A stretch of 64,000 nucleotides of DNA from the NCBI GenBank assembly GCA_950097015.1, contig CATNEN010000028.1, positions 372,001 through 436,000 of the forward strand, read 5' to 3'. Positions 26,139-39,154 of this stretch are shown here, one piece after another (position 1 is the stretch's first letter; the number at the start of each line of letters is the position of its first letter). The position numbers were made by a program, and so were the translations under genes. The notes below the pieces were generated by a model, which worked only from the letters and a program-made list of their open reading frames with translations, was not told the DNA's origin and ran no database searches. Source of the DNA: Macrostomum hystrix (Eukaryota > Animalia > Platyhelminthes).

Positions 26139-29100
26139 GGGATTTGACAGAAAATAAATTGGCGACCAGCGCTCTCTAATCAGACCTGACTGCTCTGAAA
26201 TGCTTCTCCAACGGCGCCTGACGGCGAAAACAATTCTGGGAATTTTCCTCTTCCCGAACCGGGGCTTGTGAGGCAGTCACCACCCGCTGACCTCGCATTA
26301 TCAGCTACTCTGCCCACCTCCCCTCCTCGAACACATTCCTTTGGAACTCAACCCGCGCGCCTTCTTTAACCTGCAAAATAGAAATTTTGTTAAAAACTCT
26401 CTCTCCCTTCCTCATCTGCTTTCGCAAAGGAATTTTCGGTTTAACGTCCAGTTCCATTAAATTTGACATCAGAGGCGAATCGCCAGTGTTTTGATTGGGT
26501 GCCTTGCTTACAACATTGCATTTGGATCGCTAATTACTAATTGCGATAAAAAATTTTCCCTTATCCTCCAAATCTTTGCTGCAGTTGTTTTTTATCGTCC
26601 TCTCCACTTTCACAATCCTCCCCTCTCCCAATATCACAATCTTCCTCTATCCTCATTTCCCAATCTTCCTCTCTCCCCATATCACAATCTTCCTCTCTCC
26701 CCATTTCCCAATCTTCCTCTCTCCCCATTTCACAATCTTCCTCTCTCCCCATTTCCCAATCTTCCTCTCTCCCCATTTCACAATCTTCCTCTCTCCCCAT
26801 TTCACAATCTTCCTCTCTCCCCATATCACAATCTTCCTCTATTCCCATTTCCCAATCTTCCTCTCTCCCCATATCACAATCTTCCTCGATTCCCATTTCC
26901 CAATCTTCCTCTCTCCCCATTTCACAATCTTCCTCTCTCCCCATATCACAATCTTCCTCGATTCCCATTTCCCAATCTTCCTCTCTCCCCATATCACAAT
27001 CTTCCTCTCTCCCCATATCACAATCTTCCTCTCTCCCCATTTCACAATCTTCCTCTCTCCCCATTTTACAATCTTCCTTTCTCCCCATATCATAATCTTC
27101 CTCTCTCCCCATTTCCCAATCTTCCTCTCTCCCCATTTCCCAATCTTCCTCTCTCCCCATTTCACAATCTTCCTCTCTCCCCATTTCACAATCTTCCTCT
27201 CTCCCCATTTCCCAATCTTCCTCTCTCCCCATTTCACAATCTTCCTCTCTCCCCATATCACAATCTTCCTCTCTCCCCATTTCACAATCTTCCTCTATTC
27301 CCATTTCCTAATTTCCCCCACCAATTTTCCCAATCTCCTCTCCAATTCTCCCAATCGTTCTCTCAATACCAACTTTTCCATTTCTTGTTATCAATCATTT
27401 CTTTAAGCATTTTAAATATTTTGAGTGCGACAAAAATTTGTCAACCTTGAAAACAATTTTCAACACAATCCAGTCCCTCCACCGCGTCTAATGCCCAGCT
27501 CATTGCTTCCAAATGTCAAATGTCAGTCCTATCTAGCGGGGCGATCAGACAAGTAAAGTCACTTAACAATAAACGCGGAAGCTATTGTTACAGGCAATAA
27601 GTTCGATCGCAATCTTGTTCTAAAAATCTACGGGAACACCCTCAAACAGAAGGGAAGCAGTGACGCAATTGTCATAAACCCACCGCCTGGTTTAAACTGA
27701 CAATGCATTTGGCGTCTTCTAACTTTCTAGCTCGTACTTAGAAAGCGCAACTGCCAAACACACAAACACCTGCAGACAATTCTCAACTCGATGCACAAGT
27801 ATCAGCCTAGATTTCATCTGGTTCGCGCCAGCGACATCATGAAACTGCCGTACGCATCGTTTCGATCGTTTGTGTTCAACGAGACCGCGTTTATCGCTGT
27901 CACGGCCTATCAGAATGAGAAAATCACCCAGCTGAAGATTGATCACAATCCCTTTGCCAAGGGCTTCAGGGACACCGGCGGCGGCAGGAGTTCCAAGAAA
28001 ATGTGAGTACCGAGCTCATTCTCATGCTCTCATGTCTGGCAGAACGGTTAACGCGTTTGCCTCTCGCACCAAGGTCCCTGAGCTCGATTCCACGGCGAGG
28101 CCACATTTATTTGGGGCGCAGCCGCGGAGAGAAGGCTTGGGGGCTTGTCCGGCAATTTACGCCCTTGAGGGCCAACCTCCAAGGCACAGTGAAAGCGTAC
28201 AATGCCTGACGATGAGAAAGTCAGGGCAGATGTGTGTATCTGTGTGCGTGTGTGCTCAGGAGTCTGCGAACTGCCTCCTCGCTGGCTGCGGCCGTGCCTC
28301 ACTCATGAGTATTCACTCATTTTCATGCTTCAGTCACAATGAATGTACACCAGGGGAGCCTATGCATCTGGCCCTAAAATGTGTCAGCTAAATTCGCAAA
28401 GACATCAGACATCAATCTCGTCAATTTCACAGGAAGCTCAGCGACTGCATCGTATCGACGGGACAGTCGGCGCTAGATCGCCATCAACAGCATCAGCAGC
28501 ACCAGCAGCAGCTGCATTTTCAGCGTCAACGAGGCTTCGCTCTTGCGGCAGCTGCGGCGGCGGCGGCGGCGGCTGCGGCTACGGCCAATTTCAACAGCGA
28601 CGACGAGGAAGATGACGATCCAGACGATTCCAGCCTCAACAACAGAAGAGGATCCGATGAAAACGACGACTTCGCAGTCGATCGAGAAGCTGCCAGACTG
28701 TCTGAAGGCCAACCATCCAATCGGCCGACACTTTCAGCGGGCAGCAGGGGACGTCGCGCCAGATTGTCGCCTGATTCACGGGCAGCAGTCGGATCGCTGC
28801 ATCAGCAACAGCAGCAGCAGCAGCAGCAGCAGCTCCTGCTGCATCAGCCGTGGCTGCAGCAGCCTCCTCTCACAGCGAATAGCAGTGCAGCCAGGCAGCA
28901 TCAACTGCAGCAGCAGCTGCAACATCTGCAGCACCTCCAGTACTTGCAGTATCTGCAGCACTATCGCTCTGGCAGCGGCGAGCTTGTCTTTAAGGGCGCG
29001 CCTCAGCCACCAGTGTCCGCCGGATTACCGTTCGCCCTGCCATCAGTTGCGTCACCGTCAGTTTTGAGCCTTCCGCCACCGGCGCAGCCACCACTGCCTC

Positions 29101-29381
29101 CACCGCCGTCGCAGCTGCCGTCTGTTCCCGGCATGCCGATGTTTCCCGGCTTCTTAAGTGCGACAGCCGCCGCTGCCGCCGCCGTCGCCGCCGCGTCCGC
29201 CTTCGGCGCTTGGCCCCTGCCGACGTCGTTCTTTCGGCAGCAGAACGGCGGACGGCATCATCAAACGCATTCAGCAGCTACCGGCGCCTCGGCGTCAACA
29301 TCTAGGGGAGATTTCTCGAAAATAGACACCCTCATTGGCGATGCTCCGTCCAGACCGTCCGCTGTCGACGCCGATACCTAA
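18715..29381 (+). CDS. TBX2/3: T-box transcription factor, Tbx2/3 (omb) subfamily; join(18715..19196,22463..22558,22632..22803,27776..28002,28433..29381), 641 aa
   Basis: Complete T-box: [30 protein letters not shown]|RMFPPFK...DIVPIDDCR|[38 protein letters not shown]...NNISDKHGF|[18 protein letters not shown]...[28 protein letters not shown]. All introns are GT-AG and phase-consistent. The last exon is open from 28433 to the stop at 29381. Confidence 0.93.
19252..19912. repeat. 34-bp minisatellite (CTGAGCTCCAAGAAGGTGGTAGATCTGTGCTTCG) in Tbx2/3 intron 1
   Basis: Direct tandem periodicity, ~19 copies. Confidence 0.93.
22007..22312. repeat. 15-bp minisatellite (GGGAAATCGGGATTC) in Tbx2/3 intron 1
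   Basis: Direct tandem periodicity with degenerate edges. Confidence 0.88.
22824..24408. repeat. 21-bp minisatellite (TCTTATCTAGAATCCCCATTC) in Tbx2/3 intron 3, ~75 copies
   Basis: Direct tandem periodicity. It explains the 545-608-aa repeat ORFs. Confidence 0.95.
25594..25785. repeat. ~21-23-bp repeat (GATTCCAGGTGAGGCAGGGAGGG-like) in Tbx2/3 intron 3
   Basis: About 8 degenerate tandem copies. Confidence 0.8.
26611..27315. repeat. 24-bp minisatellite (CAATCTTCCTCTCTCCCCATTTCA) in Tbx2/3 intron 3
   Basis: Direct tandem periodicity, ~29 copies. Confidence 0.93.
28141..28288 (+). repeat. Dispersed repeat, copy 1 (Tbx2/3 intron 4)
   Basis: 28141-28233 matches the reverse complement of the copy ending at 49885 with 7 mismatches in 93 ungapped nt. 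Weaker similarity continues to 28288. Confidence 0.85.
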
Positions 29382-29616
29382 GTGGCTTCTTCGATTCAGG
29401 CCGATTCTTCAAAGAACACAGATTTTTCCCCGCCACAGAGAGTCTGACAGGCGTCCTAAATTACGAGCGTAGTTGGAAAATGCATTATTAGAATACGGAA
29501 ATTTTTGAGCCTGCTATATTGAGTTAGGCGCCCGCGTGTTTGCACGGGTCGGCAAGTGGCAAGCCCAAGAACAAGATACGGTCCGCAAAGTACCAAATGG
29601 GGCACCTTCTCTCCTC

Positions 29617-30584
29617 ATGTCTCATCTCTCCCGATCCCATGTCTCATCTCTCCCGATCCCATGTCTCATCTCTCCCGATCCCGTGTCTCCTCTCTCCCGA
29701 TCCCGTGTCTCATCTCTCCCGATCCCGTGTCTCCTCTCTCCCGATCCCATGTCTCATCTTTCCCGATCCCGTATCTCTGGTGTCTCGTCTCTCTGGTGTC
29801 TCATGTCTCTGGTGTCTCATTTCTCTGGTGTCTCATCTCTCTGGTGTCTCATCTCTCTGGTGTCTCATCTCTCTGGTGTCTCATCTCTCTGGTGTCTCAT
29901 CTCTCTGGTGTCTCATCTCTCTGGTGTCTCATGTCTCTGGTGTCTCATCTCTCTGGTGTCTCATCTCTCTGGTGTCTCATGTCTCTGGTGTCTCATCTCT
30001 CTGGTGTCTCATCTCTCTGGTGTCTCATCTCTCTGGTGTCTCATCTCTCTGGTGTCTCATGTCTCTGGTGTCTCATCTCTCTGGTGTCTCATGTCTCTGG
30101 TGTCTCATCTCTCTGGTGTCTCATCTCTCTGGTGTCTCATCTCTCTGGTGTCTCATCTCTCTGGTGTCTCATCTCTCTAACGTGTTTCATCTCTCTGGTG
30201 TCTCATCTCTCTGGTGTCTCATCTCTCTGGTGTCTCATCTCTCTGGTGTCTCATGTCTCTGGTGTCTCATCTCTCTGGTGTCTCATCTCTCTGGTGTCTC
30301 ATCTCTCTGGTGTCTCATCTCTCTGGTGTCTCATCTCTCTAACGTGTTTCATCTCTCTGGTGTCTCATCTCTCTGGTGTCTCATCTCTCTGGTGTCTCAT
30401 CTCTCTGGTGTCTCATCTCTCTGGTGTCTCATCTCTCTGGTGTCTCATCTCTCTGGTGTCTCATCTCTCTGGTGTCTCATCTCTCTGGTGTCTCATCTCT
30501 CTGGTGTCTCATCTCTCTGGTGTCTCATCTCTCTGGTGTCTCATCTCTCTGGTGTCTCATCTCTCTGGTGTCTCATCTCTCTGG
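29617..30584. repeat. (TCTCATCTCTCTGGTG)n 16-bp minisatellite preceded by a TCTCATCTCTCCCGATCCC sub-array
   Basis: Direct tandem periodicity. Same family as 58132-58748 on the opposite strand. Confidence 0.93.
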
Positions 30585-31066
30585 CAAGTAAATAGGTTAA
30601 TAGTTGAATTCTGTTTTCTGTGTTCCACGCATTTGTGTTTTGTCGAATTTTTGCACTTAACATTAGCAGCTGAAAGTTTGTGTTTATGTCTTAAAAATGT
30701 TGTCTCTTTTTGATCTCTAGAAAAACTTCGTTGATATCTCTATTTGATTCGGCTCAAATGTTTGCACGAGCCGTATCATTGTGGGTGTTGTTGATTGAAT
30801 GTTTAGTGAATTTTCATTGCACACATATAGTACATGCATCCACTTATAAGCGTATGTTTTGGCACCTGTCTTAATTTCAAGTACAATTTGTTAATCTCTG
30901 ATTCAATTTTTGTTTGAAAGACTAAAAGCACTCACTGGAGGTAACAATTCTATGTCAATGTGCTTATTCCTTAACTCGAAAAAGAAACTAAGCGACTTCA
31001 TTGTGACTTAATCCTTTGAGTACGAATATTTCATTCGAGTCGCTAATCAATAGCCATAATTATAGA

Positions 31067-32572
31067 TGAAGGAGTGAATGTGGATTGCTAGTCCATCCCA
31101 CCCACACTCAACAAGCGAATGAAGGATTTAATATGGATTGCTAGTCTATCTCACCCACACTCAACAAGCGAATGAAGGAGTCAATGTGGATTGCTAGTCT
31201 ATCCCACCCACACTCAACAAGCGAATGAAGGAGTCAATGTGGATTGCTAGTCTATCCCACCCACACTCAACAAGCGAATGAAGGAGTCAATGTGGATTGC
31301 TAGTCTATCCCACCCACACTCAACAGGCGAATGAAGGAGTCAATGTGGATTGCTAGTCTATCCCACCCACACTCAACAGGCGAATGAAGGAGTCAATGTG
31401 GATTGCTAGTCTATCCCACCCACACTCAACAGGCGAATGAAGGAGTCAATGTGGATTGCTAGTCTATCCCACCCACACTCAACAAGCGAATGAAGGAGTC
31501 AATGTGGATTGCTAGTCTATCCCACCCACACTCAACAAGCGAATGAAGGAGTCAATGTGGATTGCTAGTCTATCCCACCCACACTCAACAAGCGAATGAA
31601 GGAGTCAATGTGGATTGCTAGTCTATCCCACCCACACTCAACAGGCGAATGAAGGAGTCAATGTGGATTGCTAGTCTATCCCACCCACACTCAACAAGCG
31701 AATGAAGGAGTCAATGTGGATTGCTAGTCTATCCCACCCACACTCAACAAGCGAATGAAGGAGTCAATGTGGATTGCTAGTCTATCCCACCCACACTCAA
31801 CAAGCGAATGAAGGAGTCAATGTGGATTGCTAGTCTATCCCACCCACACTCAACAGGCGAATGAAGGAGTCAATGTGGATTGCTAGTCTATCCCACCCAC
31901 ACTCAACAAGCGAATGAAGGAGTCAATGTGGATTGCTAGTCTATCCCACCCACACTCAACAAGCGAATGAAGGAGTCAATGTGGATTGCTAGTCTATCCC
32001 ACCCACACTCAACAAGCGAATGAAGGAGTCAATGTGGATTGCTAAGTCTATCCCACCCACACTCAACAAGCGAATGAAGGAGTCAATGTGGATTGCTAGT
32101 CTATCCCACCCACACTCAACAAGCGAATGAAGGAGTCAATGTGGATTGCTAGTCTATCCCACCCACACTCAACAAGCGAATGAAGGAGTCAATGTGGATT
32201 GCTAGTCTATCCCACCCACACTCAACAGGCGAATGAAGGAGTCAATGTGGATTGCTAGTCTATCCCACCCACACTCAACAGGCGAATGAAGGAGTCAATG
32301 TGGATTGCTAGTCTATCCCACCCACACTCAACAGGCGAATGAAGGAGTGAATGTGGATTGCTAGTCTATCCCACCCACACTCAACAGGCGAATGAAGGAG
32401 TCAATGTGGATTGCTAGTCTATCCCACCCACACTCAACAGGCGAATGAAGGAGTCAATGTGGATTGCTAGTCTATCCCACCCACACTCAACAGGCGAATG
32501 AAGGAGTCAATGTGGATTGCTAGTCTATCCCACCCACACTCAACAAGCGAATGAAGGAGTGAATGTGGATTG
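31067..32572. repeat. 53-bp minisatellite (GAATGAAGGAGTCAATGTGGATTGCTAGTCTATCCCACCCACACTCAACAAGC), ~28 copies
   Basis: Near-identical tandem units without spacers. Confidence 0.95.
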
Positions 32573-33499
32573 TCTGTGTATCTGTGATCTAGCTTTAACA
32601 GCAGTTTCCCCATTAAGTATGTGTGAGCAGATGCCACAAAGACTCGATTTGGCCAATGTCCCCTAGGTGCCGATGGCGACTACTTTGGTAATTTTTACTA
32701 AGAAAGCGTCAGTTCCTATCTAAGGCTGAACTTTTGATCAATAATTCTCTGTTTGATCAGTTCTCTAGAAGGCATCAGCAATTCTGGGTTGTCAGCACGT
32801 TGCGGGTGTTGTCGGCGTTACTGGCGGTCCAGCTACCATAGCGGGCGCAGCCGGCCCTCAGGGGTTCCTAAATGTGTCGAATTTGCTAATTATGTAAAAA
32901 AAGTCTTCTTTTATGATACACCTCTAGAGATGGATAGATCAGTCTTTGATTAACAGGAGAAAGACTCGAGATAGAAGGATAGAGCTGCAGGGTGGTTGTT
33001 AGTGTGGCCCGCCCCACTGCAGACAAGTTGATCTTCTGTTTACAATGGGAAACCAGAACGGAAATATTGTGAGAGAGTGAGATAGTGGTTCTCGGAACAG
33101 ACAGAATGCTTAGTGAGATAGTGAGTGAGTGTTTTGTGTCACACAATGATCTACTCAAGCTGTCAGAGACACAGCTAGGCACTTTGCCTTGACAGGAGGG
33201 TCAACAACAGGCCGATCACCTTGGCTAAACCGTCTTGAAGGTGGAAAACAGCTTATATATATATAGGTCGAGACTCGCGGAAGGGGGCTGACTTGACAAC
33301 AGAGGCAAACAAAACCTGACTATGAGTATAGTTGGAGTGCTTTGACGGATTGAATCCAAGGTCAGAGGGACAATAGTTGGTGGCTGGGCTAGTGTTGGTA
33401 GCGCAGTTATGGAAATTCCACTTTGATGGAGGGGCTATCTGCTCAAACACCGCTCGACTCGGGCTGAGGGGAAGTGAGAGAATGAGACAGAGAAACAGA

Positions 33500-34105
33500 A
33501 AGATTGAGAGATTGATAGACTGAGAGATTGATAGACTGAGGGATTGATAGACTGAGAGATTGATAGACTGAGAGTTTGATAGACTGAGGGATTGATAGAC
33601 TGAGAGATTGATAGACAAAAAGATTGATAGACTGATAGGATAATAGACTGAGAGACTGGTAGGATAATAGATTGAGAGATTGATAGACTGAGAGATTGAT
33701 AGACTGAGGGATTGATAGACTGAGAGATTGATAGACTGAGAGATTGATAGACTAAAAGATTGATAGACTGAGAGATTGATAGACTGAGAGATTGATAGAC
33801 TGAGAGATTGATAGACTGAGAGATTGATAGACTGAGATATTGATAGACTGAGAGATTGATAGACTGAGAGATTGATAGACTAAAAGATTGATAGACTGAG
33901 AGATTGATAGACTGAGAGATTGATAGACTGAGATATTGATTGACTGAGAGGTTGATAGACTAAAAGATTGATAGACTGAGAGATTGATAGACTGGGAGAT
34001 TGATAGACTGAGAGATTGATAGACTGAGAGATTGATAGACTGAGAGATTGATAGACTGGGAGATTGATAGACTGAGAGATTGATTGACTGAGAGGTTGAT
34101 AGGCT
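33500..34105. repeat. 16-bp minisatellite (GATTGATAGACTGAGA)
   Basis: Direct tandem periodicity. Confidence 0.92.
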
Positions 34106-34674
34106 AAGAGACTGAGAGACAGAGAGAGATAGAAATAAAGGTTGCCAATTTCTTCTGTCTCATTGGCTTCATTTAACATCCATTTTCATCTTGCTTCGTA
34201 CCTGTTAGCTGACGCTTTAACTATTCGTCATTTTTTCGGGCGTTCATTACAATTGAAACTGTCGAGTTTATGAGACTGGGCCTCTTAAACCACTTGTGTT
34301 GCGGCTTTGCTTGACAGATACTTGCCAGAAAATTTCTGCTAAAGAGACAGAGGAAAAGAGATGGAAGCTGCATGATTTGAGGCTTTGGTAATTTAGTTTC
34401 CTCAACAATGCCTCATCAAAGTGGAGGAAGCTGGGCCTTTCAGACCCGCCCGCCCCCCGGAAAAGAAGGGTTTGAGATTGGGAAAGGAGACGAAAAAGTT
34501 TGGGGGGATGTTTGATGTGGCAAATTTGGCGCAAAAAGATGTGAAGCCGTCGATTCTCGAAGCCGCCGCCGCGCAGCCGCCTTCGAAGGTCGCCAATTGG
34601 CAGTTTCCGCACCCCCCAAAACTAAGGAGGCCAGGCGAGGTACAGAAAAAATTACATCAGCTTCGTTATCTTGT

Positions 34675-34676
<2 letters not shown>

Positions 34677-34705
<29 letters not shown>

Positions 34706-34724
34706 AGGAGGAGGAGGAGGAGGA
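34677..34724. repeat. Compound (GAA)n(GAG)n microsatellite
   Basis: Seen directly. It produces the poly-K/poly-R run in ORF 34421-34801. Confidence 0.85.
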
Positions 34725-35169
34725 TGAAGGGTCTGAGGAAGCTGGGACAGCGGAGGAATGGGCGTGGCGGCTTCGAAAGGCCACTTTCTGCTGAGCCTTA
34801 AATGCTTTTAGAAGTGGCCAATTCCTGATTCTATTTTATTGGCCTTATTTGATTGCGGCGACTCCGTCTTTGATGCGGGGGTGGGCAGCTTCTCCCGTCC
34901 TCTCTCCATCCCTAATCTGCCGATTTCATCAGCTTCAACAAGCGTTAGCTAAAGCATGTCCCGCCGCCGCTGCCTTGTCAACACAACACGTTTGCTTTTG
35001 CAAGACGCTTCCGTAGGAAAGGTTTTTTTTGGCGAATGAGAAAGTAGAGCGAGAAGTAGACAGTGAGAGTAGAGAGAGAATGAGAAGGGATCAAGAGAGG
35101 TTGACTATGAGAATAGAGGTATATAGTATGAGATAAGAGTAGGAAAGGTGTATCATGAGGTGTATATAG

Positions 35170-35505
35170 CAGAGTAAGAGGGGTAGATTATATGAGTAGA
35201 GAGATGAGTAGATCATGGGAGTAGAGAGAGGGGTAGATTATGAGAGTAGAGAGATGAGTAGATCATGGGAGTAGAGAGAGGGGTAGATTGTGAGAGTAGA
35301 GAGAGGGGTAGATTGTGAGAGTAGAGAGAGGGGTAGATTGTGAGAGTAGAGAGAGGGGTAGATTATGAGAGCAGAGAGATAAGTAGATTATGAGAGTAGA
35401 GAGAGGGGTAGATTATGAGAGTAGAGAGAGGGGTAGATTATGAGAGCAGAGAGATAAGTAGATTATGAGAGTAGAGAGAGAGGTAGATTGTGAGAGTAGA
35501 GAGAG
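35170..35505. repeat. 25-bp minisatellite (GATTATGAGAGTAGAGAGAGGGGTA)
   Basis: Direct tandem periodicity. Confidence 0.88.
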
Positions 35506-36027
35506 AATGGGAAGGCAGACACTCAGTTACAGAAGTTGACAGCATCAAAACAAATAATGAAGAGATCAAAGAATGCTTCGGCAGATTAAAAAGTCATGAT
35601 CAGTCAGATAAAGGAAACAGGAATAAAAATGAAATTCAATTTTATCAACAAGATCCCAGCTAATAACGGATTCAGTTTGAACCGCAAACAGCAGCTGTTG
35701 ACTCAGCCTAACCAGCTGTGAGACAATTGCTCCACTCCAAAGATATTCATCGATATTAGAATACATTGCTACTCCTAGACGATTGAGAAAGAGCTAGTTC
35801 TCACACAGTCTGTCATCAATCGAGCCGGGCTTCTGTCTGTCTGCTCTCTGCCAGAGACACTTCCTGAGAGCTGTGTTCCTGTCAAGTGGCCGCGGACTGG
35901 GTTGGGGGAGACATCTTTCATTACGACTAATTGGCGTCTCTTGACTATATAGTTGGGATTTCGGGACTGACAAGGGCTTACCGGATGGCATGGGATTAGA
36001 GGCTGGACAGGTTTAAAGGAATGCGAT

Positions 36028-36568
36028 AAGAGATGGGTGAGAATGGAGTGAGAGATGGGTGAGAATGGAGGGAGAGATGGGTGAGAATGGAGTGAGAGAT
36101 GGGTGAGAATGGAGGGAGAGATGGGTGAGAATGGAGTGAGAGATGGGTGAGAATGAAGTGAGAGATGGGTGAGAATGAAGTGAGAGATGGGTGAGAATGA
36201 AGTGAGAGATGGGTGAGAATGGAGGGAGAGATGGGTGAGAATGGAGTGAGAGATGGGTGAGAATGAAGTGAGAGATGGGTGAGAATGGAGGGAGAGATGG
36301 GTGAGAATGGAGTAAGAGATGGGTGAGAATGGAGTGAGAGATGGGTGAGAATGGAGGGAGAGATGGGTGAGAATGAAGTGAGAGATGGGTGAGAATGAAG
36401 TGAGAGATGGGTGAGAATGGAGGGAGAGATGGGTGAGAATGGAGGGAGAGATGGGTGAGAATGGAGGGAGAGATGGGTGAGAATGAAGTGAGAGATGGGT
36501 GAGAATGGAGTGAGAGATGGGTGAGAATGGAGGGAGAGATAGGTGAGAACGGAGTGAGATGGGTGAGT
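36028..36568. repeat. 22-bp minisatellite (GAGATGGGTGAGAATGGAGTGA)
   Basis: Direct tandem periodicity, ~24 copies. Confidence 0.92.
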
Positions 36569-38903
36569 ATGGAATCGACACCCACATCGAGATGCGATTG
36601 CAGGGAGCTAGAGGTGAGAAGGTACGTCAAAGAATGGATAGCAAATTCTAGGAATTTAAACGTGAAATTTTAGGTTAATCCGGGATTAGGTACTTTCGGG
36701 ATTAATAAAGAAGCAAACTTGGGGAAAACTGATATACAGTTTTTAAGAGATACGCTCGTAGAAACCGTTTTTTTCTCAGTTGTAGCTCGTAATAAAGAAG
36801 GAATATTTAGATTAAAAAATTGTATCGTCTAATCGTGTTGCCTTTGTTGCGATAAATTGCAGAAATTCGTAAATCACATTTAAATATTTTCTGGAAGCAG
36901 GTGATTTTACAACCGAAAGGTCTCATCTCGTATCTTTAGCAAAAAACAAGCATTAACAACAAAGATTCGACGATTCGACTCGTCCGAAAATTTTGCGAAC
37001 ACTCTTACCCCCCCCCCCAACTAGATAGCAATCGGATCCTAGGGAGGAGCCCTCGAGTGGGGCAAACGAGATGGATCGCTCACAATATAAAATGGAAAAT
37101 TCAATAGAGAGAGAAAGAGAGAGAGAGTAGATTGTTCGAGTGGATTGAAGAGCAGATCAGGCATGAATTAAAGAGTGAAACTATAGCCGTGCAATGTCAT
37201 CCATCTGCATTAGGCAACCGGACCACCGTGCGATGGCCAGGCGCCAGTAACTAAAATGCAAGCAAAAAACAAGATTAGGAAACTGGGCGGGGCCGATTTC
37301 CGCTCCCCTTACCACTGGCTTACCGGATCCGCTGTGGACAAAAAACATCTGGCCGCGTCTTCCTGTAGTTGCGATGATAGGGATTTTAAGAGGATTAAAA
37401 TATGTTGCTCACGAATCGAAACACGCGACGGACAGGATGCTTGGTCGCAGTCATATTGTCATCATTGATAAATTGAGGGGGGCTTGGATCAGCCATCTGC
37501 TGCAGAAAACTTCTGATTCTAATTTTCTGAGTCGGAAGCGCCCCGACTTTTGATCCCATTAATCATATCAGGAGGACGGCAAAAATATACTTGCCCCTGT
37601 AGGTAGAGGTACCTCACCTGAGCTAGGCAGTTTTGCTGAACTTTCGATCTTACTATCAGTAGACGGTAGAGGAAGTAGAGGAGGTTCAAATTCTTATTCG
37701 TGCACGGCAATTGGAACGGAGAAAAGTTTTGCCATACCTGCTTAAATGAAACACTAGAAATTTTAACAATGCATACTATGTACAATCATTGAAATTAACT
37801 TTGCTACGATTATTTTTCTCAGGAAATAAAAGTTATGCCTGCTTTCACTTTAAAACTTTTCACTTTTCACTCTTATAGCACCCTAAAGGCAACGACAAAG
37901 CTTTAGTGATAGTTAATAAAGCAGTAGTGAATAATGCTTTGCTTTAAATCAGTTTTAGCAGCCGTACTTTAGACGCAGCTATACTCAAAGTCATCAAGAC
38001 AAACTTATATTTATAATTTAAATTAAATACATCAAAAAACATCGTTCGCATTTTTGTTTATGTATGCGAATGGCTTCATGCCACAATTCAAACGATTCAA
38101 GTAGTATGAATAAAAAATCTGTTATCGTTCGGTTATGTAGTTCAACAACAACCACAGTTAGATTGTAAAAAATGGCCTATGTAAATAGTTTTTTACAGCT
38201 TAGTCGATTATAGAAACTAATATTTCTGTAACTTTTGACGAGTTAAGTAGAGTAAAGTTATCAAAGCTAAGCATATTGATGTACACACTCACTGTTTTGT
38301 TCCTATAATAATCTATATTGATGAATTCATTAATTCAATGATTTTTCGCAATCTAAAGCACAGACAGTTTATCTGAAAAATAAAACATTTTGCCTGTTTT
38401 TGATAATTTTGAAAAGCAAATTGTTATAAATTCAATTTTCAAAGACAAAAATTATTAAACAGAAAGATAGAGATCTGTTCTTACTTAAGTTTCAGAAATT
38501 TTATAAGCAGTTATTTCAACAAAATTTTGTCTTGTCTTTTATAGATATTTTTTGTTAGGCTTTGTTTAATTCCCATCAAAAGCAAGTTCTTAGCATCTTT
38601 CATTTTCTATTCGCAAGAAAGTGAATTTGGCATGTTAAATTAGTTAATTGGGATTCATATTCATTTTCCATGAAATCATAATATGCTTAATAAAATTAGA
38701 AACACTATATTTGTGCATTTAAAACCAGCCTATGAACTATAAAAATCTAAAAAACCTATAAAAAATACAAAAAAAATTTTAATACTAAACATTGTGTTGT
38801 TGAACTGAGCATGTAGAAAAGAATTATATACAAATTTTTGTTTGTGGACAGCATGTTGGCATACATTATTATCATGAATCTTTGCAATCTAATTCAGACA
38901 GCA

Positions 38904-39121
38904 ATGTACAACAGCAGCAACGCTGTAAGTGCCAATGGTGCCATAATGACTTCTCAGCACTACCAGCAGCTGTCGGCATTCAATCATCGTCAAGTGGCTC
39001 GCGTTGAATGCCTCGTCGGTGCCCAGCGAGTCCAACAGTCGGCCGAGCGGCTACTTCTATGCACAAAAATGTGGCCGCCGCCGATTGCATCATCTGCATC
39101 GGCGACAACTTCGACAGCAGC

Positions 39122-39154
<33 letters not shown>

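Noticed and set aside
28206-28221. CTGACGA-TGA-GAAA resembling a minimal hammerhead ribozyme core
   Set aside because: No helix III with an NUH cleavage triplet could be built. The segment instead folds as a simple hairpin (CCTGAC/GTCAGG), and copy 2 reads TTGACGA.
31067-32572. CRISPR-like array (also considered for 49348-49620 and 61628-62180)
   Set aside because: Units are contiguous with no unique spacers, there are no cas genes, and the context is eukaryotic.
34421-34801. 126-aa Lys/Arg-rich ORF
   Set aside because: The basic tract comes from a (GAA)n(GAG)n microsatellite, and there is no family resemblance.
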